Position numbers and translations under genes: made by a program | Part shown: piece by piece, positions 34,898 through 44,430 of the stretch | How positions within the stretch are numbered: position 1 is the stretch's first letter | Layout of the letters: the number at the start of each line of letters is the position of its first letter | Source of the DNA: a virus | Taxonomy: Duplodnaviria; Caudoviricetes | Reading direction: 5' to 3' (one strand) | Length of the DNA stretch: 64,000 nt | Virus record (IMG/VR): IMGVR_UViG_3300011152_000015 | Coordinates: 1 to 64,000 of that record | The notes under the pieces: model-generated | The model's database searches: none | Told to the model about the DNA's origin: nothing | What the model saw: only the letters and a program-made list of their open reading frames with translations

Positions 34898-35289
34898 ACA
34901 CCTGCATTGATGACGCCATCGGCGCGCTCAAACTCGTGCCGCTGCACTTCAGCCACCCCAGCATGATCAGCCGCGCCACCGTCATCGGCGCAGCCTGCGA
35001 GGCCCCGGCCCGGCTGGAGGCCATGCCCGCGCGCAGCAACGAACTGCTGGAGGCCTACCGCAAGGTGCGCCAGGTGCTGCGTGAGGGCGATACCGCCTAC
35101 GTCACCCCTACCACCTGCCCCGAGCGCCCGTTCGGCGCCGTCGTGGTGGATGCCTCCGGCCGGCTTGCCGCCTCCGCCACTGGCAAAACCATTGAAGGCC
35201 TCGCCGAACTGATCCGCCTGCGCCTCCCGGAGGCGAACCCGGCACACACCGCAGAGGGGCGCGGGGAGAAAGGAGGGCCGCAGGCGTGA
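34894..35289 (+). CDS. Hypothetical protein
   Basis: ATGA/GTGA coupling on both sides. Confidence 0.7.
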   Translation: MNTCIDDAIGALKLVPLHFSHPSMISRATVIGAACEAPARLEAMPARSNELLEAYRKVRQVLREGDTAYVTPTTCPERPFGAVVVDASGRLAASATGKTIEGLAELIRLRLPEANPAHTAEGRGEKGGPQA

Positions 35290-35549
35290 CCAGCACCTAC
35301 CAACAACTCCAGCGCCGCTACGACCGGCCCTGCCTGCCGCTCGACGATGTGCGCCGCGAATACCTGCCCCACATCAGCAGCGATGAATACCTGATGGAGG
35401 CCATCCGCACCGGCACCATCCGCCTGCGCTACGTGCGCCTGGGCGGCTCCCGGCTCGGCCCCCCCGTTGTTTACCTGCGTGACCTGGCCACCTGGCTGGA
35501 CGCGCACGACCCGAGCAACACCAAACCAGCCACTGACCCGGTGGCGTAA
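35286..35549 (+). CDS. PrtN-family protein
   Basis: LPLDDVRREYLPHIS...VYLRDLATWLD. Confidence 0.75.
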   Translation: MTSTYQQLQRRYDRPCLPLDDVRREYLPHISSDEYLMEAIRTGTIRLRYVRLGGSRLGPPVVYLRDLATWLDAHDPSNTKPATDPVA

Positions 35550-35574
35550 CCACTGCAAAAGGACACAGCACGTC

Positions 35575-35922
35575 ATGAAACCTACCGATACCAGCGAGTT
35601 CATCAACAGCCTCAACGCCGGCGTATTCGCCCAGCAAGTGGGTCGCGCCCTCTCCGACGTCGCCGCCGGCGTGGTCGAGCACGGCAAGAAGGGCAAGCTC
35701 AGCATCACCTTCGAGCTGAGCCAGATCGGCGAAAGCAACCAGGTGAAGATCAACCACAAGCTGGATTTCACCCAGCCCACCAAGCGCGGCAGCAAGCGCG
35801 AGGACACCGCCCTCGACACGCCCATGTACGTCACCGCCAACGGCCTGGAACTGTTCCAGACGGACCCGACCGCGCAGATGTTCAGCCGCGAGGAAGCGCC
35901 CGTAATCGCCCGCGAAGTCTGA
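35575..35922 (+). CDS. Conserved phage protein (partner of the DUF2303 gene)
   Basis: LNAGVFAQQVGRALSDVAAGV...TPMYV. Confidence 0.8.
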   Translation: MKPTDTSEFINSLNAGVFAQQVGRALSDVAAGVVEHGKKGKLSITFELSQIGESNQVKINHKLDFTQPTKRGSKREDTALDTPMYVTANGLELFQTDPTAQMFSREEAPVIAREV

Positions 35923-35973
35923 GCCGGCGCCTGACCCAGCAACACCCAAATCACTCACCAAGGAATCAACGCA

Positions 35974-36789
35974 ATGTCACTGACGAAAGAAACCATCCAG
36001 CACATCGAAGCCAACGCTATCGCCGCCCTTGGCGTCATGCCACACCAGCAGGTGCCGACGATTGCCCTGCCGGATGACATGAGCATCCACAACCTCGAGC
36101 GCTACGCCGAGTACCGCGCCCGCTTCCGTGGCGCGCTCAACACCCACGCCCTGGCCGACTTCGCCCGCTACGTCGAGGCCCGCGACGGCGACGGCGCCCG
36201 CGGCTTCATCGACCAGGACCGCATGTCCTGCAGCATCATTTTCAACCTGGGCAATGACCAGCTGGCCGGCCACGGCGACGACACCGCCACCCTTACCCTC
36301 AAGCCCACCGCCGCCTACAAGGCCCTGCTCGCCGCAGTAGGCCAGCGGCTCGACCAGCAGCAGTTGGCCGAATTCCTCGAAGACTGGGCGCCCAACATCA
36401 CCGCCTTCGCTGGCGATGAAAAACTGAACACCGCCCAAGCCATCACCGGCATCCGCAAGATGACCATCAAGGCCACCAGCCAGCGCGACAGCACTGTTGG
36501 CGACCTCAACCACGCCCGCAGCGCCATGGATGAAATCGAGGCCCGGAGCCAGGAAACCCTGCCGACCCGCTTCGAGTTCACCACGGTGCCGTTCGAGGGC
36601 CTGCAGCCCGCCACCATCACCCTGCGCCTGTCTGTCATCACCGGCAGCGATGCGCCCGTGCTCAAGCTGCGCTGGGTGGCCGAAGAAGCCCAGCGCGAAG
36701 AGTTCGCCCGTGAGTTCAAGGGCGTGCTGGAGCAGCAGGTCGGCGGCTTCGTTCCGCTCACCATCGGCACCTTCCAGCTCGGCGCCTAA
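35974..36789 (+). CDS. DUF2303/YfdQ-family protein
   Basis: RFRGAL, IFNLG..GH, AEFLEDW, RSAMDEIEA. Confidence 0.85.
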   Translation: MSLTKETIQHIEANAIAALGVMPHQQVPTIALPDDMSIHNLERYAEYRARFRGALNTHALADFARYVEARDGDGARGFIDQDRMSCSIIFNLGNDQLAGHGDDTATLTLKPTAAYKALLAAVGQRLDQQQLAEFLEDWAPNITAFAGDEKLNTAQAITGIRKMTIKATSQRDSTVGDLNHARSAMDEIEARSQETLPTRFEFTTVPFEGLQPATITLRLSVITGSDAPVLKLRWVAEEAQREEFAREFKGVLEQQVGGFVPLTIGTFQLGA

Positions 36790-36845
36790 GCCACCACCCG
36801 CCGGCCTCACCAGCCGGCGGGCACTCACAACAGGGGACACAGCAC

Positions 36846-37364
36846 ATGAACCTCACCACCTTCCAAACCATGGCCTTCATCGGCATGGTCGCCGGCATCG
36901 CTATCGTATTCGGCATGGGCTACCTCGAAGGTCGCCGCCGCTCGCTCAACGACTGGCAGCAGTACGCCGAGGATTCACGCAACCAGGCCAACCAGCTGCG
37001 CGCCACGCTGCACCAGGTACGCCACGACCTGGACATCCAGCGCCACAACGCCGCCCAGGCCCTGGAGGCCATGACCGAGCAGCACGACCGCCTCGCAAGC
37101 GAGGCCGCCACCCTGCAGCTGCGCCTCATCACCGCCCAGGAGCGCACCGAGGCCCTGCAAGCCACCGCCCTGAACGATGAAGCTGCCGAGGACCTGGCCG
37201 CCATGGCCGGCAAGCTCAGCCTGGCCGCCACCCAGTTCAGCCTCATGGGCGCCACCGACCAAGCCAGCAGCGCCCGCCACCTCGCCGCCAAGGCCCGCGA
37301 CCTCAGTCAGCGCTACTACAACGCCACCCCCGTGCCGGCCCAGCAGCAGGAGCGTGCAGCATGA
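36846..37364 (+). CDS. Hypothetical TM plus coiled-coil protein
   Basis: N-terminal TM helix followed by heptad-like region. Confidence 0.75.
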   Translation: MNLTTFQTMAFIGMVAGIAIVFGMGYLEGRRRSLNDWQQYAEDSRNQANQLRATLHQVRHDLDIQRHNAAQALEAMTEQHDRLASEAATLQLRLITAQERTEALQATALNDEAAEDLAAMAGKLSLAATQFSLMGATDQASSARHLAAKARDLSQRYYNATPVPAQQQERAA

Positions 37365-38254
37365 TCAACGCCACCCATTACGTCATCGACCTGGAAACCA
37401 TGGGCACTGGCCCAGCCGCCGCCATCGCCGCCATCGCCTGCGTGGAGGTCACCCAGGGCGCCATCGGGCGCGAGCTGTACCACCGCGTGACGCTGCAGAG
37501 CAGCCTCGATGCCGGCGCCGGCGGCTCAGTCGATGCCAGCACCATCCAATGGTGGCTGCGCCAGAGCGAGGCCGCACGCGCCGAGGTTAACGGCACCCAA
37601 GCGTCCGTGAGCCTGTTCGATGCGCTCGGCAGCCTGAGCCTGTTCATGGCCCAGCAGGGGCACCCGAGCGAGATTCTGGTGTGGGGCAACGGCGCCACCT
37701 TCGACAACGTCATCCTCGGCAGCGCCTTCGCCGCCTACGGCATGCAGCTGCCCTGGCAATTCTGGAACGACCGCGACCTGCGCACCCTGCTCGCCCTGTA
37801 CCCCCAGGCCAAAAAGCTCCCGTTCGAGGGCACCAAACACCACGCCCTGCACGATGCGCGGCATGAGGCCAAGCAGCTGATCGCGGCGTTGCAGCAGCAC
37901 GTGGCCTGCACACGCTCTTACGACCGGCCAATCCGCCCAATGACCATCGTGCGCGACGAGCTCGGACACTGGACCCACCCCGCCTGGCCGCAGGATGGAG
38001 AGGAAGACGCTATCCCGAAAACCTGGTTCGCGGCCCAAGAGCTTGAGTTGTTCATCGTCGATTTCGAGACCGACGCTTCTGAAGAACTGAACGATGCCTA
38101 CTTCGAGCAAGGCAACCCTGACTGCAGCGCATGGCAGCCAAGCACGCCACCCGGCGAAGGGTGGTTCGTCTTCTCCCTCCACGATACCGAAGACGGTCCA
38201 GTGTGCATTTGGGTCCGTCCTGCGCAGCGTGCAGCAGAAGGAGCCGCAGCATGA
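37361..38254 (+). CDS. DEDDh 3'-5' exonuclease with an extra C-terminal domain
   Basis: IDLETMG, WGNGATFD, HHALHDA; extra IVRDELGHWTHP...HDTEDGP domain. Confidence 0.85.
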   Translation: MINATHYVIDLETMGTGPAAAIAAIACVEVTQGAIGRELYHRVTLQSSLDAGAGGSVDASTIQWWLRQSEAARAEVNGTQASVSLFDALGSLSLFMAQQGHPSEILVWGNGATFDNVILGSAFAAYGMQLPWQFWNDRDLRTLLALYPQAKKLPFEGTKHHALHDARHEAKQLIAALQQHVACTRSYDRPIRPMTIVRDELGHWTHPAWPQDGEEDAIPKTWFAAQELELFIVDFETDASEELNDAYFEQGNPDCSAWQPSTPPGEGWFVFSLHDTEDGPVCIWVRPAQRAAEGAAA

Positions 38255-38832
38255 AGATGGCCAAGCCTTCAGCTCAAGACATTGAAGCCGCAGAAGAACT
38301 GCACCAAGTGCTGCAGCTGATCGACGCCCGCTTCGGTGGCCCGCTCCAGAACCACGAGGCAGGCGACGACCTCGCCGTGTTGCTGGACAACGGCACCAAC
38401 GCCTTCGACAGCGACGACCTGCAGCACCTGCAGACGCTCTACAACCACTTGGCCCGCCTGCATCGCAACGCGCCCAACTACTACGGGCGCGTAATCGGCG
38501 GCATGCTGTGGGTGATCATGAACGAGGCCAATCAAATCCTCGATCCGAAGTCGGACTGCATCGACCTGCACCCACGCTTCCAGGAGATGGCTGACCAGCT
38601 CAAAGAGGCCGAGCGCGGCATAGCTGCATTCAACGCAGTGATCAGCTACATGCTCGGCGAGGGTCGATGGGAAGAACCCTTGGAGTTCCTCCGCCTGTGG
38701 AACGAAGGCGACTTCGACGCCTTGCGAGCAGAGTGGCCAGACGCCCCGCAGGCCATCTACTACGCCGACCCACTGGCCGACCACGCGGCCATTGACGCAG
38801 CCCTGGACCGCGCCGACGAGGTATTGCCATGA
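38251..38832 (+). CDS. Hypothetical protein
   Basis: Coupled by ATGA overlaps. Confidence 0.75.
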   Translation: MKMAKPSAQDIEAAEELHQVLQLIDARFGGPLQNHEAGDDLAVLLDNGTNAFDSDDLQHLQTLYNHLARLHRNAPNYYGRVIGGMLWVIMNEANQILDPKSDCIDLHPRFQEMADQLKEAERGIAAFNAVISYMLGEGRWEEPLEFLRLWNEGDFDALRAEWPDAPQAIYYADPLADHAAIDAALDRADEVLP

Positions 38833-39428
38833 CCTGGATTCTCACCCGCACCGGCCAGCGCTTCGATCTGCTCCAGCCACGCGCGTCCCAGATTGCAGTG
38901 CTCGACATCGCCCACGCCCTGGCGCACCTGTGCCGCTTCAACGGCCACGCCAGTCGGCACTACTCCGTCGCCCAGCACAGCCTGCTGGTTGCCAGCATCG
39001 TGCCGCCGGAGCACCAACTGGCCGCCTTGCTGCATGACGCCACCGAAGCCTACGTCGGCGACATGGTCCGCCCGCTCAAGCAGGTGATGCCCGAGTACCA
39101 GCAGATCGAACAGCGCATCTGGCTCGCCATCTGCGAGCGCTTCGACATCGCCCCGGAACTGCCGGAATGCGTGCGCGAGGCCGACATGATCGCCCTGGCC
39201 ACCGAACGCGCCCAGCTCATGCCTCACCACCCTGGCGAATGGGACTGCCTGGCCGGCGTTACCCCGCTGCCCGACGCGCTGGATCACTGGACGCCCCAAC
39301 AGGCCCAGACCCAGTACCTCGATCGCCTGCTCGAACTGCTACAAACCACCCACCGCGCCCACGACCGCCACACCTGGGAGCGGGTCGACGAAGCGCACGC
39401 AGGCCAGCCTGCGCCGATGTGCATGTGA
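38829..39428 (+). CDS. HD-domain phosphohydrolase (YfbR-like)
   Basis: CRFNGH..HYSVAQHS, LLHDATEAYVGD. Confidence 0.9.
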   Translation: MTWILTRTGQRFDLLQPRASQIAVLDIAHALAHLCRFNGHASRHYSVAQHSLLVASIVPPEHQLAALLHDATEAYVGDMVRPLKQVMPEYQQIEQRIWLAICERFDIAPELPECVREADMIALATERAQLMPHHPGEWDCLAGVTPLPDALDHWTPQQAQTQYLDRLLELLQTTHRAHDRHTWERVDEAHAGQPAPMCM

Positions 39429-39432
39429 GGGC

Positions 39433-40218
39433 ATGGCCATGAGCGAAGAACTGAAGCCGTGCCCGTTTTGCGGGCAGCAAGAAGCGTTCGTCGAGCAGCT
39501 GGATTCCGATGCCTCGGTGGTGATCTGCCAGGGCATGGTTGACGAGCACAGCGCCTGCCTGGCGCGAGGGCCTGTCGGCGTGCAGGAAGACGAGCGTGAA
39601 GATCAGCCCGGCAAGGATGCTGCCATTCGGGAGTGGAACCGGCGAGCCCAGCCAGCAGAGGCGGAAGGGGTTAAGACCTGGCGGGAGCGAATCGTTGCCG
39701 CCCACCCCAAGAGCGAGCCCGGTTACTGGCCTGACGCGCTGCTGGTTGAGCACATGCAGCCAGAGATCGAAGAGCTTCGCGCCGCCCTGTCTGCCGTGAC
39801 CGCCGAGCGGGATAGGCTGGATGAACTCAGCGAGTCCCTAGGCCGGCAAATTGTTGATGCCGGAAAGCGTGAGATTGCCTATCGAGACGAGCGCGACCAG
39901 CTCCGCGCCGAGGTTGAGGCGCTGCGGAAGGATGCGGATCGCAAAGGAATGCGCATCAAGGAACTTGATCTGCTGTTCGGTCGCTACCTGCTAGCCATGA
40001 AGGCAGCGCTCATCGACGCGGATTATCGCGGAGACGAGGAAGGGATGCGGTGGATCTACAACAGCCTGGCAGGCCCTGGCGAGCTTCCGCCAGAAAACGA
40101 GAGCGACGCTCAAGCGTTCTTCGACCGGGAGATTAAAGCCGTGAACGACGGAATGGCTGAGGTTCTAGCGTGGCACAAGGCCGAGCGAGACGCCGCCATG
40201 GCTGCGAAGGAGGCGTAA
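39433..40218 (+). CDS. Lar-like Zn-finger plus Ead/Ea22-like mosaic protein
   Basis: LKPCPFCG...AIREWNRR followed by coiled coil. Confidence 0.7.
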   Translation: MAMSEELKPCPFCGQQEAFVEQLDSDASVVICQGMVDEHSACLARGPVGVQEDEREDQPGKDAAIREWNRRAQPAEAEGVKTWRERIVAAHPKSEPGYWPDALLVEHMQPEIEELRAALSAVTAERDRLDELSESLGRQIVDAGKREIAYRDERDQLRAEVEALRKDADRKGMRIKELDLLFGRYLLAMKAALIDADYRGDEEGMRWIYNSLAGPGELPPENESDAQAFFDREIKAVNDGMAEVLAWHKAERDAAMAAKEA

Positions 40219-40400
40219 TGCAACCAGGCCGCCGCTCAGCCACCCGCAGCAAAGTCCCCGGCACGCTGCAAATGGGCCTTATGAAAGGCACCTGCGATAT
40301 CTGCAAACGCCACCGTCTCGTTGGCAACCACACCGCCTGCTCTCGCCAGCGACAGGCCAAATACCGACACCTCTGGGAGGCGCCCAACCAAGGCGCCTAA
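40218..40400 (+). CDS. Small Cys/His-containing hypothetical protein
   Basis: CDICKRHRLVGNHTACS; TAATG coupling. Confidence 0.65.
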   Translation: MQPGRRSATRSKVPGTLQMGLMKGTCDICKRHRLVGNHTACSRQRQAKYRHLWEAPNQGA

Positions 40401-40447
40401 ACAACACCCGCCGCCTCACCAGCGGCGGCAGCACGGACACAGCACAC

Positions 40448-42130
40448 ATGAACAACCTCTACCGCATTCACCCCCAGGCCGGCATGAATTTCCACGGCCT
40501 GGTCATCGACAACTTCGCCGGGGGCGGCGGCGCCTCCACTGGCATCGAGCTGGGCCTCGGCCGGCCGGTGGACATCGCCGTCAACCACGACCCCGAGGCC
40601 GTGGCGATGCACGATATCAACCACCCGCACACCCGGCACTACTGCGAATCCGTATGGGAAGTGGACCCGCGCGTGATCGTCGACGGCCGCCCCGTCGACC
40701 TGGCGTGGTTCAGCCCCGACTGCAAGCATTTCAGCAAGGCCAAGGGCGGCGCACCGGTGAAGAAGGAAATCCGCGGGCTCGCCTGGGTCGCCATCCGCTA
40801 CGCCGCCACGGTCAAGCCCAAGGTCATCATGCTGGAGAACGTCGAAGAGTTCGTGACCTGGGGCCCGTTGGCCACTGACGGCCGCCCCTGCCCGAAGAAC
40901 AAGGGCCGCACCTTCGCCAGCTTCACCAACGCTCTGCGCCGCCTCGGCTATCAGGTGGACTGGCGCGAGCTGCGCGCCTGCGAATATGGTGCTCCGACCA
41001 TCCGCAAGCGCTTGTTCCTGATCGCCCGTTGCGACGGCCAGCCGATCGTCTGGCCCGAGCCCACCCACGGGGACCCGGCGAGCGAGGCGGTAAAGGCCAA
41101 GCGCCTGAAGCCCTGGCGCACCGCAGCGGAAATCATCGACTGGTCGCTGCCCTGCCCCTCGATCTTCGAACGCAAGCGCCCGCTGGCCGAGGCCACCCTT
41201 CGACGTATTGCTCGGGGCATCCAGCGCTATGTGCTGGAGTCGGCGAACCCCTTTCTGGTCAAGGTCAACCACGGTTACGACTACTTCCGCGGCCAGCCGC
41301 TGGACGAGCCCCTGCAGACCATCACCAGCAAGCTGGGCACCGGGCTGGTCGTGCCGACGCTGGCACCTTTCATCACAGAGCACGCCAACGGCAGCACCCA
41401 GCGCAACATGCCCGCCGACGCGCCGCTGCGCACCATCTGCGCCCAGGTTAAGGGTGGCCACTTCGCATTGGTCGCCCCGACACTGGTACAGGTCGGCTAC
41501 GGCGAGCGCAAGGGCCAGGCGCCACGCGTGCCCGGCCTAGATAAGCCGCTGGGCACAGTCGTCGCCGGCGGGCAAAAACACGGCCTCGTCGCCGCATTCC
41601 TCGCAAAACACTACGGCGGCAACTACACCGGCCCAGGCAGCAGCCTGGAAAACCCACTGCCAACCGCAACCACCGTCGACCACAACGCGCTGGTGACCAG
41701 CCACCTGGTGAAGCTTCGCAACAACCAGCACAGCCAGGCCGTGACCGAACCCATGCCCACCCTCACAGCCGGCGGCGGGCACGTCGGCGAGGTCCGGGCG
41801 TTCCTGCTGAAGTATTACGGGCATGGCGACGGTCAGCCCCTGCAGGAGCCGCTGCACACCGTCACCACCAAGGACCGCCACGCCCTGGTCATGATCAAGG
41901 GCGAGCCCTACCAGATCGTCGACATCGGCATGCGCATGCTCGAGCCGCACGAACTGTTCGCCGCCCAGGGCTTTCCCGCCGACTACATCCACAGCCGCAC
42001 CGGCGGCGGCAAGAAACTCAGCAAGGCCGCCCAGGTGCGCATGTGCGGCAACAGCGTCTGCCCACCGGTCGCCGCCGCCCTCGTCCGCGCCAACCTCGGC
42101 CAGCAGCAGATTGGGGAGGAAGCGGCATGA
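40448..42130 (+). CDS. DNA (cytosine-5) methyltransferase, orphan
   Basis: FAGGGG, SPDC, ENVEEF, RKRLF, CGNSV motifs. Confidence 0.95.
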   Translation: MNNLYRIHPQAGMNFHGLVIDNFAGGGGASTGIELGLGRPVDIAVNHDPEAVAMHDINHPHTRHYCESVWEVDPRVIVDGRPVDLAWFSPDCKHFSKAKGGAPVKKEIRGLAWVAIRYAATVKPKVIMLENVEEFVTWGPLATDGRPCPKNKGRTFASFTNALRRLGYQVDWRELRACEYGAPTIRKRLFLIARCDGQPIVWPEPTHGDPASEAVKAKRLKPWRTAAEIIDWSLPCPSIFERKRPLAEATLRRIARGIQRYVLESANPFLVKVNHGYDYFRGQPLDEPLQTITSKLGTGLVVPTLAPFITEHANGSTQRNMPADAPLRTICAQVKGGHFALVAPTLVQVGYGERKGQAPRVPGLDKPLGTVVAGGQKHGLVAAFLAKHYGGNYTGPGSSLENPLPTATTVDHNALVTSHLVKLRNNQHSQAVTEPMPTLTAGGGHVGEVRAFLLKYYGHGDGQPLQEPLHTVTTKDRHALVMIKGEPYQIVDIGMRMLEPHELFAAQGFPADYIHSRTGGGKKLSKAAQVRMCGNSVCPPVAAALVRANLGQQQIGEEAA

Positions 42131-42429
42131 CCTGCTCAATCTTCTTCAGCACCGAGCTCCCCAACGACCGGCCCCAGGTCAGCGGCGCCCTGCCCCGCGC
42201 ACCGCAGCGCTGGACAATGGAATGGCTCGTCAAAACCCCAGACGGCCGCACCCACGTCAACAACTCACGCACCATCCAGCGCGCCACCGTCGCAGAGGTC
42301 AACGCCATCATGGCCACCACCATCGCCGACATCAAAGCCGAAATCGGCGAGCTGGCCACCTTCATCAGCTGGCGCCTCACCAGCCACGGCGGCACCAGGA
42401 AAAACCGCAAGGGAGGGAAGCGGCGATGA
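42127..42429 (+). CDS. Hypothetical protein
   Basis: ATGA coupling on both sides. Confidence 0.65.
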   Translation: MTCSIFFSTELPNDRPQVSGALPRAPQRWTMEWLVKTPDGRTHVNNSRTIQRATVAEVNAIMATTIADIKAEIGELATFISWRLTSHGGTRKNRKGGKRR

Positions 42430-42704
42430 ACACCGCATTTCTGCTGATGGCGCAGTACAACGGCCAGGCGATTATCCCGCTGGAGCGGGTGTGCGCGGAC
42501 TATTTCAGCCACCTGACGCCGGACAAGCTCCAGCGCAAGGTGGCCGCTGGCGAGGTCGATCTCCCGGTGGTCCGCATCGAGGGCAGCCAGAAGGCAGCCA
42601 AGGGCGTGCACCTCACCGACCTGGCGTCTTACCTCGACGAGCAACGGCGCAAGGCCGTGGCCGAGAATGACAAGCTCCACGGCCGATTCAAGCGGGCCAG
42701 CTGA
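42426..42704 (+). CDS. PrtN-family protein next to the integrase (possible directionality factor)
   Basis: MNTAFLLMAQY..IPLERVCADYF..SQKAAKGVHLTDLASYLD. Confidence 0.85.
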   Translation: MNTAFLLMAQYNGQAIIPLERVCADYFSHLTPDKLQRKVAAGEVDLPVVRIEGSQKAAKGVHLTDLASYLDEQRRKAVAENDKLHGRFKRAS

Positions 42705-43838
42705 TCACCGTTCCGCACGATCCACCCTGGCGCCCAGCTCAACGGGCGCCGCAATTATCTTCTCCAACCAATGCCAGCCGGCATATGGGTCGCCCCGCCC
42801 CCGCAGATGGGTATAACGCCGCAGCGAATTCCAATCCCGATGGCCAGACACGCTGGCCACCCGCGGGATATCCCAGTCCATCTCGAACAACCGGCTCACG
42901 CCATCATGTCGAAGGTCGTGAAACCATAGGTCGTCCAACTCCAGGAACTGGCCCGCCCGGGTAAACGAAGCGGAGATCGAGTCGCTGTTGTACGGAAAGA
43001 TTTCTTCACACTGCCTCGGCATGCTGTGCAGAATCGCCCAGGCCTCATCCGGCAGATGGCACCACACATCGTTGCCGATCTTCTGGCCAGGGTTCTTCAT
43101 ATCGCGAACCAGTACCGCCTGCCTCTTTTCATCCAGGTCGGCCCATCGGATACGCGTTATCTCCTCCTGACGCCGCGTGGAGAAAATGGCGAAACCGATG
43201 ACCTTCGGCATGTTGATGGAGGTCGGGCGACGCTTCTGCATCTCGAAGAAATGCTCGAGCAGCCTGTCCAGCTCATCCGCCGTGGGCCGGCGCTCGCGCT
43301 CTTCGCTCTTGGTGCGCACCCCGAGCTTGCGCAACACCTTGCGCGCATCACCAACCGCGTGCGGGTCGACGTCATAGCCCCAGGCCGGCTTGGCCACCGA
43401 TAGCACCGCCCCGAGGTGAGCCAGATCATTGCCAACGGTCTGCCCCTTCACGCCGCCGCCCTCTGGCCCCATCCGCCAGGTCGCGAACTCCACCAGCCGC
43501 TGGCTGTTCACCTCGGCATCGGTCAAGTCACCCAGCCAAGTGCTACCAATCGCTTTCAATGTTGCACGCTTGGTCTTGCCCAATGGCCGAATCCGTTCGT
43601 ACTCCTCAAGGTACTGATCGATGATATCTCGCAGTATCAGCGCCTTGCGATTCGCCCGCTCGAGCGCACCGGGCTCGGCCAGCTCCGTCTCCCGTCGCTT
43701 TACCCAAGCCTGGGCAGTCTGCTTGCGGTCGAAGGTCTGGCTTTCTTGGTAGACTACCTTTCCTTCGCGCTTGATCCTGATCTGCGCGGTATACCCAACC
43801 CCGCCGCCTTTGCGCGGCCGCGCCGTTATCGTCGCCAT
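42705..43838 (-). CDS. Tyrosine integrase, dusA-associated type
   Basis: STRRQEEI (R), MKNP (K), HDLRH, SGH..W..LRRYTH; divergent from the dusA 5' end. Confidence 0.95.
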   Translation of the reverse strand: MATITARPRKGGGVGYTAQIRIKREGKVVYQESQTFDRKQTAQAWVKRRETELAEPGALERANRKALILRDIIDQYLEEYERIRPLGKTKRATLKAIGSTWLGDLTDAEVNSQRLVEFATWRMGPEGGGVKGQTVGNDLAHLGAVLSVAKPAWGYDVDPHAVGDARKVLRKLGVRTKSEERERRPTADELDRLLEHFFEMQKRRPTSINMPKVIGFAIFSTRRQEEITRIRWADLDEKRQAVLVRDMKNPGQKIGNDVWCHLPDEAWAILHSMPRQCEEIFPYNSDSISASFTRAGQFLELDDLWFHDLRHDGVSRLFEMDWDIPRVASVSGHRDWNSLRRYTHLRGRGDPYAGWHWLEKIIAAPVELGARVDRAER

Positions 43839-43848
43839 CCTTTTCCCC

Positions 43849-43887
43849 GGTGCTACACGCCAAAACGGCGTCCTACAATGTAGCACC
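43849..43887. repeat. 9-bp inverted repeat upstream of the integrase
   Basis: GGTGCTACA-N21-TGTAGCACC. Confidence 0.6.
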
Positions 43888-43943
43888 GCCCCTGAAAAAA
43901 TGGGCAAAAACAGGCGAAAACGAGCAACAATCAGACAGCCGAA

Positions 43944-44063
43944 ATGCCAGAGAAAACCGCCTCCACGCCAGCAACCACGCGCCATGCACTGTCCCGCCGC
44001 TTCAGCGTGGCGCCGATGATGGATGGGATCGACTCAAAGCTCTGCAAGCCCCGTATTTCCTGA
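43944..44063 (+). pseudogene. dusA: 5' fragment of dusA containing the att junction
   Basis: MPEKTASTPATTRHALSRRFSVAPMMD, then GID and a premature stop where DusA continues WTDRHCR. Confidence 0.85.
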
Positions 44064-44314
44064 CGCTAAGCCCTTTTATAAAACCTTCCGTGTGCACTGT
44101 GTGTGCAATTTTGCGACCGCTCGTCATACCCTTTACGCGTACCGGCCATACCCTTTTCGTGGCCAAAGCGAAAAATCAGTCCAATCACTAGGTTTGCCAG
44201 GATGAGAAATATGGGTAGTGCCGGTCTGTCCAATACATGGCACTGCAGACATCAGCCCGCACCTTCAAACCGTCCGAAAGCCCCTCTCTGGATCGCACAC
44301 CGTTAAAGCGAATC

Positions 44315-44430
44315 CGCACTCATCGCCTGCGACATCATTCGGTTTCACACTCACCGACTGCGACAAATTTAAAGTTCGCACTCATGGTCTGTGACATCCA
44401 ATACTTGTCGCATTGACACTCTGCGAACTC
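44315..44430 (+). repeat. Four imperfect ~22-bp direct repeats with 31-32 bp period
   Basis: CGCACTCATCGCCTGCGACATC (44315), CACACTCACCGACTGCGACAAA (44346), CGCACTCATGGTCTGTGACATC (44377), CGCATTGACACTCTGCGAACTC (44409). Confidence 0.75.

Larger units (their letters stand above)
1..44030. mobile_element. Lambdoid cos-type prophage integrated at dusA (left end outside window)
   Basis: Ordered lysis, tail, head, terminase, replication, cI/cro, early and integrase modules; integrase is divergent from a dusA 5' fragment. Confidence 0.95.

Noticed and set aside
43990-44100. tRNA gene as the integration site
   Set aside because: No cloverleaf or T-loop motif; the sequence translates as the DusA N-terminus
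44315-44430. Possible CRISPR array
   Set aside because: Repeats are degenerate, gaps are only ~9-10 bp and no cas genes are present
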